Assembly (NCBI GenBank): GCA_030264375.1
Contig: JASCQW010000105.1
Span: forward strand, 43,576,224-43,640,223
Reading direction: 5' to 3'
Length of the DNA: 64,000 nucleotides
Origin: Carcharhinus longimanus
Taxonomy: Eukaryota
In this document: in pieces, positions 52,031 to 64,000 of the stretch
Layout: each line of letters begins with the position of its first letter
How positions within the stretch are numbered: position 1 is the first letter of the stretch
The notes under the pieces: generated by a model
The model's input: only the letters and a program-made list of their open reading frames with translations
What the model was told of the DNA's origin: nothing
The model's database searches: none
Position numbers and translations under genes: made by a program

Positions 52031-53580
52031 ATTAATTTGGGTATCGTCCAACGAGAGAAATACTGAAAAATGCCTGACAGAACTCAGTATTAACATTTTA
52101 GATAATGAATTACCAAATAAGTTCTGAAAAGAAAAGTCATTTATGTTAGTTCAGCATATGTTTATTTAAAATTTGATTAGCATGCAACATTACAGTGGAA
52201 ATATTCCAGACAGCATTTTTTCTGTATATTCCAGGGAATGAATAAATGTATTCATTTTTGTTGACGTAACTTCTGTACTTTTATCACTTAGAAACTTGTG
52301 GGTTAAAAATCATCACATTGTTCAGCCTTGATGTCTGAATTGAAATACTATTTTCAGATTATAATATATAGCAAATACAATTGCAGTACCGCATGTAGTG
52401 TTGGCTGCTTAAAAAAAGCTGCAAAATTTAACTTTTTAGTGCTTCAGATTTATGCCACAGTAATGCTAGATAATATCAACATTTAAAGCTTGAAGCACGC
52501 TAGAACATTAGATTTCAGAGCAGGTTATCATTCAAAAGAGGAACATGTAACTGTTTCAATAATGCAGGATTCCACTTTTAAAATGTTTCAGTTTTCTTTA
52601 AGCAATCAACATTTTCTTTGTGCTGCCCCCCCTCCCCCATTCCACTGCAGTTCGTTCCATTGCATTTTACATTTAATTTTATGCTATCGATGTCTGCTGC
52701 CCTTTTATTAACATATTGATATAGTAATTTAGCTATGAAGCTCAAGCTATTATAGGACAGGGTTACACACTTTGGGTAATGATCCCCAAATCAGGCTCAA
52801 ATGGGATTCTGACCCCGCATGATCTCGGAGCAATCATCCAGCGGTCATGCTCATTTGACCAGCCTACTAATGGCCAGAGGGCGTGCTTGTTGTCAATAAA
52901 GGATGATGGGTGGGCTCTTGAAGCTCGAGGGCCAACAAGAGGTCCCCCAGCACAAAAGGAACTGCAGCTTGTCGTTGCAAGTAAGGAAGAGAGAGGTCCT
53001 CCTGATGTGCCTGCTCAGCAACTTCCACAACTTCAAATTACAACATTGTCAAAGGTACTGGGTCACCATTGTGAAGGATAAACCCCCAAAGATGGTGACT
53101 TGTGTGTGCAACTGTGGCCAGCTGGGTGAGGAGGATGTCAAAGGTATTTTGAATCATTGGTGTCCTAGGTCTGCCACCAAGAGATTGCCTCCGGGCAGCT
53201 GGCTCGTTTCCAATGCTGCGGAGGGCCTCATAGGCTGACTGCAAAATTCCAGTTGGTCTCTAATATTTGGTCTTTAATGGACTTCAATTTGTTATCCACT
53301 GCTTAGAGGCAGGTAGTCCTTCTGAACCTGATGCCACCTCAAGGAAAATGTCTCAGGGGCAGCATGGTGCCAACAAATTTCAGACAAACTACCTACTCGC
53401 CCACCTCTACTCTTGTCCCCATAACTAGGCAAAGATTTCACCCCAACCCTAAGTTAATGTAAATATAGTGAATAAAAACATGTTAAATGATCTTTAACAG
53501 GGATCCATATCTTTAATATTCTAATTTGCAAAACAGACTACTTAAAGCAGTAACACAGGCAAATAAAACAATACAACTAT

Positions 53581-53895
53581 ACTGGTGGCACAGTGGTTAG
53601 CACTGCTGCCTCACAGAACCAGGGACCCAGGTTCAATTCTGGCCTTGGATGACTGTCGGTGTGAAGTTAGCACATTCTTCCTGTGAGTCTGTGAGTTTCC
53701 TCTAGATGCTCCGGTTTCCTCTCAGTCCAAAGATGTGCAGGTTAGGTTGATTGGCCATGCTAAATTGACCCTAGTATCAGGGGGATAAGCAGGGTAAATG
53801 TGTGGGGTTACGGGAATTGGGACTGGGTGGAATCATGGTCGCTGCAGACTCGATGGGCTGAATGACTGTCTTCTGCACTGTAGGGATTCTAAGAT
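53581..53895 (+). mobile_element. Near full-length HE1-type (V-SINE) tRNA-derived SINE
   Basis: A box GGTGGCACAGTGGTTAGC, B box GGTTCAATTC, V-domain ctccggtttcctc..cagtccaaagatgtgcaggttagg, CR1-type tail ctgcactgtagggattcta. Confidence 0.85.
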
Positions 53896-54959
53896 ACCGA
53901 TGATTGGACATAGGTGTTACAATTTTTAAAAAGTTAAAATCTTTGTAGACTGAGGATGATATTTACAAAGGGAAAGTGACATATTTGTTTCCTCGCTGTG
54001 ATAAGGTAGTGGCACATATTCTCAACACAGCATTTACCAGGTGGGCACATTAAAAATGTTGATGAGTTGTGTCACTTTATAGGTCACTTTAGCATTACCA
54101 CAAAATGGCTATCTTCTAAATGTATTTGATTGTACAATTTAATTAATTCTCTACGTATTTATGATCAACTGTAATTGTATTTGCTGTACAGTTTAACACA
54201 AGCATTTTTACTGAAAATAGTACAGGATATTTCAATTCATATCACGACTGAATGACAAAAGTAAAGGTGTTTGCAATTAAGGCCTATGTAAATTATAAAG
54301 ATACACAAGTAACGTGGCCAGGATTTAATAGATTTTAAAAATTTAGAGACATTTCTCGGGTCATAAAAGGCACAAAGTGCAATTTTTTCTTTATTTTAAT
54401 TTTTGTGTGTAGAGTTTTTTTTTAAAACTAGGCTCTATTATTCACTTTGCAAGCTCTGTATCCTGTAAGCTTTTTGGTCTTTGACTCTTACAAGTTTGGG
54501 TTTAAGTCTCCATTTGTTGATTACATTTGTGTACAAGTTTTCCAAAACTAAATACAGCTGTGGAAATTACAGTATTCCAAAAAGTTTAGTCTCTTATTTG
54601 GTCATTTTATTTTCAAAGTGTGATTATTTATTTAGAAAAGTTGCAGTTATTGATGGAGAAATAAAAAAAAGATAAGGGAAATGAAGAAGAAACTAAATAC
54701 TATTGTCTGTATTTTCCGAACTAAATGTTCTTAAAGCTTGGAAAGACTCAGAATCAATAAACAATCAAGCCAACTGACTGCGTACAGTTTATGCTGTGCT
54801 GGGCCCAGAGGAAGAGAAATCACCACCAAACAAAAAGAAATCCCTGAAATAATTCCCAAAAATAAATTCAAGGGAAATCATGAATACCAATTTAATAATT
54901 TTCAATCTCAACTTTGTGTGTACCACAAGACCAGTCCAGATATTTGAATGTATAATCTA

Positions 54960-55270
54960 GACTGAGGTTTCAAAGCAGTATTGGGAAGTGCTGCATTTTC
55001 AGGAGTACTAATCTTTTGATTGCGACTTTAAACTGTAGCCTATCTGCCTGTTTAGGTGGATATAAAATATCCCATGGCACTATTCAAAAGAACAGCACCA
55101 AGTTCTCCCAGTGTCCCGACCAACAATCAACTTCAAACAATGTGTCCAAAAACCAGATTCATTCATTAAGATTCATTGATCGTGTTTTGCTTTTGACTTT
55201 GCAGCATCGAACAACATGAAAATGAATACTTTTCAAAAGTAATTTGTTGACTGCTGAATCATTGAATACA
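54960..55270 (+). mobile_element. DeuSINE (SacSINE1/AmnSINE1-like) remnant
   Basis: gcctgtttaggtggatataaaatatcccatggcactattcaaaagaacagc..gttctcccagtgtcc resembles the Deu-domain consensus as recalled. Confidence 0.65.
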
Positions 55271-56282
55271 ATTTTTTTCTACTATAAAGGATATACTGAC
55301 CAATTTTTTTATTATTCAAAGTTCCATTGCAAAAGGGATAGTACAAATCAAGAAGGATGAAAACATTTTTCCCAATTTATTACATCATGGAATATATTAT
55401 TGTTTTTTTTAAATGACCAACAGAAATGGTATCAACAGATTGATACAAAGCAAAGTTTGACAGATATGTACAATAAATCCAGTGAAAGGAACAAAATCCC
55501 AAGTTTTAGATAATTAGATTTTCTATCAAAACTTTGTGTTTAAAGTTCTGCTTCTGACCATCAAATAAATCAACTCCATGAGTCACATCCATATACTTTT
55601 TAAATGAACTCTAACTGCAGAAATATTATACACTGGCACAAGGATTTTTTCCCGTTAACCAAAACGCTAGGTGCAAGAACAGCATGCCGGAATGATTTGT
55701 ACTCTGGATTTTCATTTTCTTAAATCACTCACCAACTCGTAGAACTAGGTAGTGAATCTCCTATGAAACAAACCTAGCAAAATACCAGATGGAACAGACA
55801 TTTACAAAACAGCACTAATAAGAGTTGTATCAAATGAGGGAATGTTTAAAAAATTGTTAAATTTAAACAAGATCAAAGCCAAATATGTAGTCATCAACAG
55901 TTACTGTAGCATTAGCTATTAATGCATTAGAGTAAATGCAATTATTTTATAGGACTATTCAAATATTAACTGTCATCATTTTCAAAGTGCTTTAAAAAAT
56001 TCAGAACTGAAAATAGTTGGGAAGAATTCTCGTTTTATACAGTACAATTATCCACTGACGGCACAGACAACAACAGAATATTAACAGTACCACAAACAAA
56101 ATCTGCACTCACTCCCCTTGCTTTTAAATTAAACTTTTCAAAAATCTTGCATAACCTGAGGTTTTTATTGACAAATACAGTTCAATCTCCTCATTAACAG
56201 CACCATCATCATAAACAGATCGAAAGTTCAGATCAAAAAAATCTGTGGACTTGACCACTTTCGAACATTAACATTGTGATTG

Positions 56283-56535
56283 GATAGGATCTGTTCTGGG
56301 ACCCTTGTTGTTTGTCATTTTCATAAATGACCTGGATGAGGAAGTGGAGGGATGGGTAAGTANNNNNNNNNNNNNNNNNNNNNNNNNNNNNNNNNNNNNN
56401 NNNNNNNNNNNNNNNNNNNNNNNNNNNNNNNNNNNNNNNNNNNNNNNNNNNNNNNNNNNNNNGTTGACGTGATCGGCGCAACTCGTGGGCCGAAGGGCCT
56501 GTTTGTGCTGTAGTGTTCTATGTTCTATGTTCTAA
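56283..56535 (+). mobile_element. Young 5'-truncated CR1 spanning a gap (56363-56462)
   Basis: GSVLGPLLFVIFINDLDEEVEGWVS before the gap; tail gggccgaagggcctgtttgtgctgtag(tgttcta)n after it. Confidence 0.85.
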
Positions 56536-57009
56536 TAGTAGCACTGTCAATTACAAATATTTTAAAGAGACAGAATATCTCTTCCCGTAGTGCATGTTGA
56601 CACATCTCCCCTGCAGTGCATGACTAATCTATCAATATGATCATATGTTGTCACTCAAGACTTTGTTCTTTTCAAGCTTGGTTCTTGAACCCAATCATAT
56701 GCTTTTGTAATCATATTGCCTGAATTCTTGTGGAAGAAAATGGGCTGAATTTTGCCACACATGTAATGGAAACACCAACAGAAGTCACCACTATTTAGGT
56801 GGAAATTGGATTTTCTGGTGCCTACATGTGTTAAGTTAGTTGTGAGAATCAGAAATTTGCTGTCCAAGATGCTCCTCCAAAAGCTTCCCCCCCAAAAAGT
56901 CATCTCAGTGGAAAAACTTGGCATTGCAATACATTTCCAGGCATGAATTTGTTGCACTGAACTCAGATAGGATTAACTACAAAATAAGTTTTTTAAAAAT
57001 GTTTTTTTT

Positions 57010-57380
57010 TAGGGGATGTGGGCACGTCTGGTAAGGCCAGCATTTGTTCCCATCGGAACTATCCTTGAACTAAATGATTTGCTAGGCTATTTCAGGGGCA
57101 GTTGAGGGTCTGAAGTCACACAATGGCCAGACCAGATAAGGAAGGCAGATCTCCTTCCCTAAAGGACATTAGTGAACCATATGGCTTTTTTTAAAAACAG
57201 CAATCACTTTTGGTGTCATGATCACCATTACTGAGACTAGCCTTACATTCCAGATTTATTAATTGAATTTAAATTCCATCAGGTGCCGTGGTGGGAATTG
57301 AATTCATATCCCCAGAATATTAACCTGGGCCTCTGGATTACTAGTCCAGTGACTAGTACCACTCCATTACCATTTCTCCA
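57010..57380 (-). mobile_element. Same SINE family
   Basis: gaaggcagatctccttccctaaaggacattagtgaacca...gggcctctggattactagtccagtgac. Confidence 0.8.
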
Positions 57381-57559
57381 AAATACACCTTTTTTACAAC
57401 ATGGTAAGTAATGCTGAAGAAAAAAGAGACATAATGAAGCTTTTTGTTTGGCACCCACGAGGACACTTCGCAAGAATACCAATACAAGGGGAAAACAACA
57501 ATTTATATCGTATGAGAACCCAGATATGCACATCAATAAGCCTGAGAAAAAAAGTGGGA

Positions 57560-59115
57560 ATCGTCATCCTTAACAAGGGTAATATATCAAAAAATGTATA
57601 CCATTCTTAATCACGGGTCCAAATTTGTACCCATTGGACCTACTACTCAATATGACTGCAAAGCCCGCTCAAAGTTAAGTGAAAAGAAATGCTTTCTGGA
57701 CTTGTGGTGATGAGCTGCTGTGTGATGTATATGATAGGGCTCATTGCATCATTCGGACGTGTACGGGCAGCCAAAGATACACAAAAGTGACGTCGCTTTA
57801 TCCACATATTTTTTATGGCTAGTTCTGAACAGCATGAACTGTCCAAATGTTTGGGTGAATTGTTACAACCAACTTTAAGTAGGTTTTTCAGATACAGTGA
57901 AGGATTCTTTCATATTTACCAAGAAGGATAACAACGCTGTGTCCATGTGCTCATCTGACATTGCTCATCTGTTCATCAATGTTCCACTTAAGGGAGCTAT
58001 AGATATTTGCTCCTCAGCATTATATCGTAGCGATCTAGACCTGCTACCATTTAATGAATCTGTATTCACTGAACTTATCAACATAGAACTCATACAGTTG
58101 AGTTCAATTTTATTGACACATGTACGCCTTAATAGATGGTGTTGCCATGGGATACCCTCTAGGGCCAGCTCCAGCAAACATCTTTGTTGGGTTTGATAAG
58201 AAATGTGACTTTGATGTAATGATACCTAACCTCCTACTACTCACATATTTGGATGATGCAGCTATATATAAATTCCCAGGGGCATGTAATAATTGCCTTA
58301 CATGTTTTTAATGGGCTCCATCCTGCGCTCAACTTCACCTTTGAAACGGAGCAGTCCCTTTTCTTGATGTACTGATTGAGAACTTTGCAGCAGTCTACCA
58401 CAACTACCTTCACTTATCAGCAACATTGTAAATAGGGCCCCCAAGCCATTTTCTCACCATGCGAGGCTGATGCTAAAGTGTGAAGCACCAAAGACATCTA
58501 GTGGGTTAATTTTGTGCTGTATATCATGCAAACTCATGGAAGGGCCTAACGCCGTCACCTCTTGCTCTGAATAGTGCCCTGGAAAGAAACTGTTTCCCAA
58601 CTATTTGAAATACAGATAACGCTAGCTGTTTCACACTGCTACTATGCTGAAGCAACATGAGTGGTATTCACTATTAACAAGATGTTGCCACCAAGCCAAA
58701 AAGACATTCTGCTTACCACACAAATGAGTACAGTCGTGTATAAATTCCAATGCAAGTATAATGCAAGTTATGTAGGCTGAACATTGTGAAAACTGGTGGA
58801 TTATATCAAATGGCATGTCCCAATCGTGGTTCACAAAGGGTAAGATACAGACTGTACCCAACCAGCCCGTGCTTGCAAAACTCAAAACACATTAGATGTG
58901 ATTCCATGATAAGACAACATTTGCTAAATAATCCTCAGTGTGCTAAGAATTATGCTGAAAACTAACTTAAAATTGTCAGTGTGGTGCATTTATGTGTTCT
59001 AGAAGCTATACATATTAATACATAGGGCTCTATTCTTGACAGACAGAAAGGACGGGTAGACACATTGTGCCTGTTTCAGCTAAACAAAGTAAGTGGCAGC
59101 CATTCTTTGACTCAT
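57560..59115 (+). mobile_element. Decayed Penelope-like retroelement (RT plus GIY-YIG endonuclease)
   Basis: RT motifs SMCSSDIAHLFINVPL, IDGVAMGYPLGPAPANIFVG, YLDD and LHPALNFTFE..PFLDVLIE. Downstream VVYKFQC..ASYVG is GIY-YIG-like. Many stops and frameshifts. Confidence 0.85.
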
Positions 59116-61480
59116 TCCTTGGAGATTAGTGCAATCAAAGTGGCTCAAAGACTGGTGTGGGAGAAGTGGGTTTTGGTTCATGGACTGGCATCAGTACTCG
59201 GGTAGGTGGGGGTACTACCATTGGGATGGTATTCATCTGAACCTTGCTGGTACCAGGGCTGTTCCAAACTATATAACACAGGAAATAGAGAGGGCTTTAA
59301 ACAAATCAAGGGGGTGAGGGATCAAGCTTAGACAGATGTAGCAAATCAAGGGATACAGTAAAGAAGGACAGCAAAACAGGAATGTGGGAGACAAAGACCA
59401 AAGAATGGCAGGAATGAGGGACAGAAGAAAAACTTAAAATTCAGAAACTGTCAGAATTAGCTGTTATAAATATAAGAAAAGACAAAACTAAAGACTGTAT
59501 TTGAATACATTTGCATTTGTAACAGAGTAAATAAATATGAAGTAAATAAATATGAAGTAAATAAATAGGATCTGAAAACCATTATAGAGACTTGACAACG
59601 ATTGGGTCCTGAATTCTGGTTATGTGACATTCAAGAATAGGAAGCTAGATAAATTTGAGGGTAGCACTGTTAATTATGGACAGCATTGATGTAACAATTA
59701 GAAATTACCCTGTTTCAGGAAGTCAAGATGCAGAATCAATTTGGGTGGCGTTGAGGAATAGTAGGGGAAAGAAGTCACTAATGGAAGCGGTCTATAGGCC
59801 TGTCAATGGTAACTACAATGCAGAATGAAGTATATACAAATAAATATTAGGTGCCTGTGATAAATAGCGGGCAATAATAATGGATGATTTAAATCTAAAT
59901 AAAAACTGGAAAATTTAAACTGGCTTGGAAAGGGTGTTCATATAATGCTTTTAAGATAGTTTCTGAGAAACATTCAGAGAACAGGTTATATTAGACTTGG
60001 TATTGTGTAACTTGGCAGGATTAAAGGCCTAAATAGCAGCGATCACAATACAATTGACTTTTACATCCAGTTTGAAAGGGATAAGAGTGGGTCTGGAATA
60101 CTCAGCTACAGNNNNNNNNNNGAGAAATATTGGCAGACATTTCGAAGGATACTTCAGAATACTCAGAATATATTCTTACTAAAAAGAAAAATTCCAACCA
60201 TCCACAGTTAACTAACGAAGTTAAGGAAAGTAACAAAGACAAAAGATGTAACTGCACAAAGATGAACGGCTGGTCAAATGACTGGTCAGTCTATAAATAA
60301 CTTTATAGAACGACTAGATAATTAATCAGGAAAAAGAAATTAGAGTACGAGAGGAAGCTAACTAGAGATATAAAAAAAAAGTAGCAAGAGTTTCTAAAGG
60401 TATTTAAACAGGAAAAATGTAAAATATTAGTCCTCTTGAGTGTCAATAGGAAATTAATAGAAGTTAATAGTTTTTAGAAATGGGTAGGGATGGTCCAATA
60501 GATTGGAAAACTGCAAATGTAAACCCTTTCTCAAGAAAGCGGTGGATAAACTTAGCAACACAGGCCAGTTTAACTTGGGTAATCCAAGACAAAAAACATT
60601 TGTTGTCAAGACTGGATTAAAGAAAGTCACTGCATATTGTTAAAAGTACCTTGGGGGCAATCCTCCTGCTCTAGCTCAATCCTTTTTTTAACTGAAGGAG
60701 TAGATTTCATATGGCATACATGGACTTCCTAAAGGCTTTTGGCAAAGTCCCACATAACAAACCTGTCAGCAAAGAGGTAGTCTATGGTGTGAAGCAATAT
60801 ATTTTGGTAAGGAGAATGAGGAGAGGCAATAAAAACTAAAGGGGATTCAGAAAGAGAGACAGCCAGAGTTGTGTTTGCAAATGTGGCAGGGCAGGTTGAG
60901 AAATTGATTAAAAAGGCATCCAGAACCCAGAAGCAAGAGTACAAAGGCAAGAAATCCACGAACCACCTGTATGAAACCCTGGTTTGGCCTCAACTGGGCA
61001 CACACTTTAGCAAGGATATGCAACCATTAGATAGGGTGAAAAAAAGTTTTCCAAGAATGGTTTGTGGGATGAGGGATTTCAGTTCATAGATTGATTGGAG
61101 AAGCTGGGATTGTTCCCCTTAAAAAGGAGGTTCAGGCTTGATAGAGTTGTTCAAAACCTAGAAGGATACATAAAGAGAAACAGTTTCCATTGAAAGAACG
61201 GTCACAAATATAAAGTGACTGGCAAAAGGCGTTAAGGCGAAGCAAGGAGAAAACCTTTTTATTTAGTGAGTGGTTACAATCAGGGTTACATGGTCTGAAA
61301 GGCTGATAGCTGCAGATTCAGTCTGGCTGTTAATAGACAACTGGAAAATTGTCTGAAGAGAAAAAAATGCAAGGCTATGAGGAAAGGGCAGGAAGTGAGA
61401 CTAAAGAAGTTGCACTTTCAGAAAGCTGGCATTAACTCAACTCGCTGAATAGCTGCCTCCTCTGCTGTACCCATTATATT
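59116..61480 (+). mobile_element. Decayed CR1 LINE: ORF1 esterase end, APE endonuclease, RT remnants, 3' tail
   Basis: WLKDWCGRSGFWFMDWHQYSGRWGYYHWDGIHLNLAG (SGNH-like ORF1); VYRP and IIMDDLN endonuclease motifs; LYETLVWPQLG C-terminal motif. Contains a gap at 60112-60121. Confidence 0.85.
59526..59570 (+). repeat. 15-bp tandem repeat, about 3 copies
   Basis: (agtaaataaatatga) repeated within CR1. Confidence 0.8.
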
Positions 61481-62439
61481 ACCTCATGAGATTCCAGCTC
61501 CCTGTTGAGGCTTTTTGATGTTTGGCTGATAAGTTGCTGTGCAAGACTCTGTAGACAATTTATAGACAATTTGGTTTGCTTCTCAGAGCAAACCCCAGCT
61601 CACTTACAGAATAACACTTTGCAGCTATATCAGACAGTGATCTGCAGGAAATGTACGATATTTCACAAATAAAAAACATTTTTTGTTGTCTCTGTTCAAT
61701 GTGATTTCAGTAATGACAACCACAAGTCATGACAATCCTAACTGATGGTGACCAAAAATGTGTTATGTGAGTAAGATGACTATCAAGGGATACGGGCCAA
61801 GCGCAAGAAATTGGAATTAATTTAATCGTTTAAAAAAAGGGCAGCATGGACATGTTGGGCTGAAGGGCCTGTTTCCACGCTGTAAACCTCTGACTCAATG
61901 TGTAGCATCTGTTAATATCTTGCCCCATTGCTGGAGTTGAGATTATGTCTTTACAGTCATCTTTCCTCTTTCTTCTTGTCCAAACCCTTACTTTCTCCAA
62001 GCTATCTTCCTCCATCTCTACTGCCACCCAACTCCACATTGCAGTACCACAACATTTAGTTTTAGATATGCTTGTGACTGTTGGTAGAAATGCAAAAAAT
62101 TAAGGGATGCATAAGAAGGCAGAGGGAAAGAGATAGAAAAAAATGGAAGAGGGATCAAGAAAAAGAGAACTGGAGACAGAAGAAAAGTCAGTATATTGAA
62201 GCCAGAGATTTGTTGAGTTCCAGATACAAGCAATAAAACAAAGACTTAGGTCGAAAGAATTAGAAACTGGAGACTGCATGATTATGAGGGGTGTGACATT
62301 AAAACTCAGAGATATTACTAAAAGGAAGTGAACAGTTCTTAAAGCAAGGTGAATTCTGGCTGTAGTGACAGAAAAAAAAAACAAGTTGCTCCACATATAG
62401 CTGAAGGAAGGACTGAACAAGCAACAAGATTTTCCCATG

Positions 62440-62700
62440 ACATAGGCAGCGGACAGGACGCCAGGCATCCTTCCAATGTCAGCAACACCTCTGGGCATCA
62501 GCTCAAGACTGCAGGTGGGAAGAGATGAGATAACATGACATTGTCATGCTCAGCTAAGGCCAGGTGCAAACTGTGCAAACCATTCTGTCCTAAATGGTCA
62601 CATCCAGCAACATCGAAATGGAATCCCCTATTACAATTTCTATACCAGTTCATGCATGTTGGTTCACATTGTTGACATGGAAACTTAAAAAGATGACGTA
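62440..62700 (-). mobile_element. Possible second, highly decayed Harbinger transposase fragment
   Basis: NRGFHFDVAGCDH...EHDNVML resembles NRKGFHSLNVQLVCDH...HD. Confidence 0.35.
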
Positions 62701-64000
62701 TCATCATTGTAGACCATGGTGGAAAATACCTTCCAGGACATTCCTTCACTCCTGACACTCCATTCTTCAGCTGAGACCCAAGGTCTGTTGAGGTCATGTT
62801 TTTAAAAAATTGTTCAAACATTATATTAAATGTCTCAACTAGAACATAAACAACTAAAATTGTTAATGTTGTTCCACTAATTTGCTGGGATTTCATTTCT
62901 ACATTGTAATGGGGATCATGATACCCATTGTGACCACTTTGCATTATTGAAGATCTTAGAAGCTGTAAACCAATTTTAATCTTTTGCTTGCTCGCAGGTT
63001 CTGGGAAATAAACTCTTCTTGAGTTGACCAACCACCTTTCAAGCTATATATTATGAATTAAGATATCAGAATAGAATATTACTTAAATATTCAGAGATTT
63101 ACAATTTTATTAACTTCAACCGCAAAGAAACCTAATCACAATTCTACATGAAAACAAACAAACCTTAAACGCCAAATGTGCTAACCCCACCATTCAATTT
63201 CCCTCCCATTTAAAAAAAAATTACCTCCATCTTCCTTCTTTTAATCCTTTTCTATGTTTTGTAGGTTCCCCTTCCTCTTAGTTTCTAAATCCATTTCAAA
63301 AGTGGGAGCAGCTTCCAAAAATAGATATTTCATTGGCTAAAAGCACATTTTTTCAGCCAATTGTAAAGCCAAGCTAAAATCAACATGGACGAGTCAGACA
63401 TAACCAGCTCAATCCACTGACGCACAAACATTCATCAAATCATAGAGGGACTTTGCCAAATGAATGTACTTGGCAATATTCCTGGAGGCTAACATTGGGT
63501 GGATAAGTGAGCTAGTCTGTGGCAGAATATACGTTAAAGATTATCTAGTTTTAAAATATTCTCTAATATTGCGAGTGCTGACAAGTTTAAACGGGCTGCT
63601 TTGGCCTCATTTTCATAAAGGACCTTCAGGTCATTTAATCCCCAAGTGAATGTTTAATGTCCAATTTTTCTACATTAAGAACTAAATCAAAAATGTCTGG
63701 GATCAAGAGCGTAGATGATGATTAATCACTAACTGGGCGATTTGCTCCAAAAAATCAGGTGAACTCAGAAGACTAAAAATAACAGGAATAGTAGCTACAA
63801 AGTGGACATCCCACTGCTATTGACACCTGTTTACTTGACTTTAAGACAAATGCTCATTTGTTTCTCTATACCATTTCTTCATGTTCCCAACACCTATGAG
63901 ATAAAGCTTTAAGCAATGGACAAATTGCTTGTTAATATTTTAGATGGCACAAAGATGCAAAGTTTTATATATATTTATATATTTTAAATATTTATTATAC

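Noticed and set aside
53581-53660. tRNA gene
   Set aside because: A and B boxes are present, but the sequence continues into the V-domain and LINE tail, so it is a SINE head.
62498-63031. 177-aa minus-strand ORF as a new gene
   Set aside because: Non-ATG start and no splice support. Its only recognisable part resembles decayed Harbinger transposase.
1-64000. Prokaryotic-type systems (CRISPR arrays, operons, defence islands) or endogenous viral genes
   Set aside because: No spaced direct-repeat array, no gene-dense segment and no viral ORF seen. The window is vertebrate intron sequence.

Overview
Vertebrate genomic DNA, almost certainly elasmobranch (shark), judged from HE1/V-SINE, DeuSINE, CR1 and L2 repeats. 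The window lies inside the ZBTB20 gene, transcribed on the minus strand. It holds the large BTB-to-first-zinc-finger coding exon (4988-6607), a probable upstream exon (24986-25153) that appears non-coding and uORF-laden here, and weaker candidate 5'UTR exons. The last zinc-finger exon is not seen and should lie left of the window. The remainder is intron filled with nested repeats: CR1, L2 and related LINEs, several SINE families, solo LTRs, PIF/Harbinger relics and MITEs, and Penelope-like elements with hammerhead-like cores. Six assembly gaps are present. The most notable items are an intronless SNRPG retrocopy fused at its poly(A) to a LINE 3' end, the non-coding state of the exon that gives the long human ZBTB20 N-terminus, a uORF overlapping the start codon, and a tandem CTCF-motif pair overlapping a hairpin. 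I see no convincing new multi-gene system. Comparisons with human genes and repeat families are from memory, not from a database search, and repeat boundaries are approximate.
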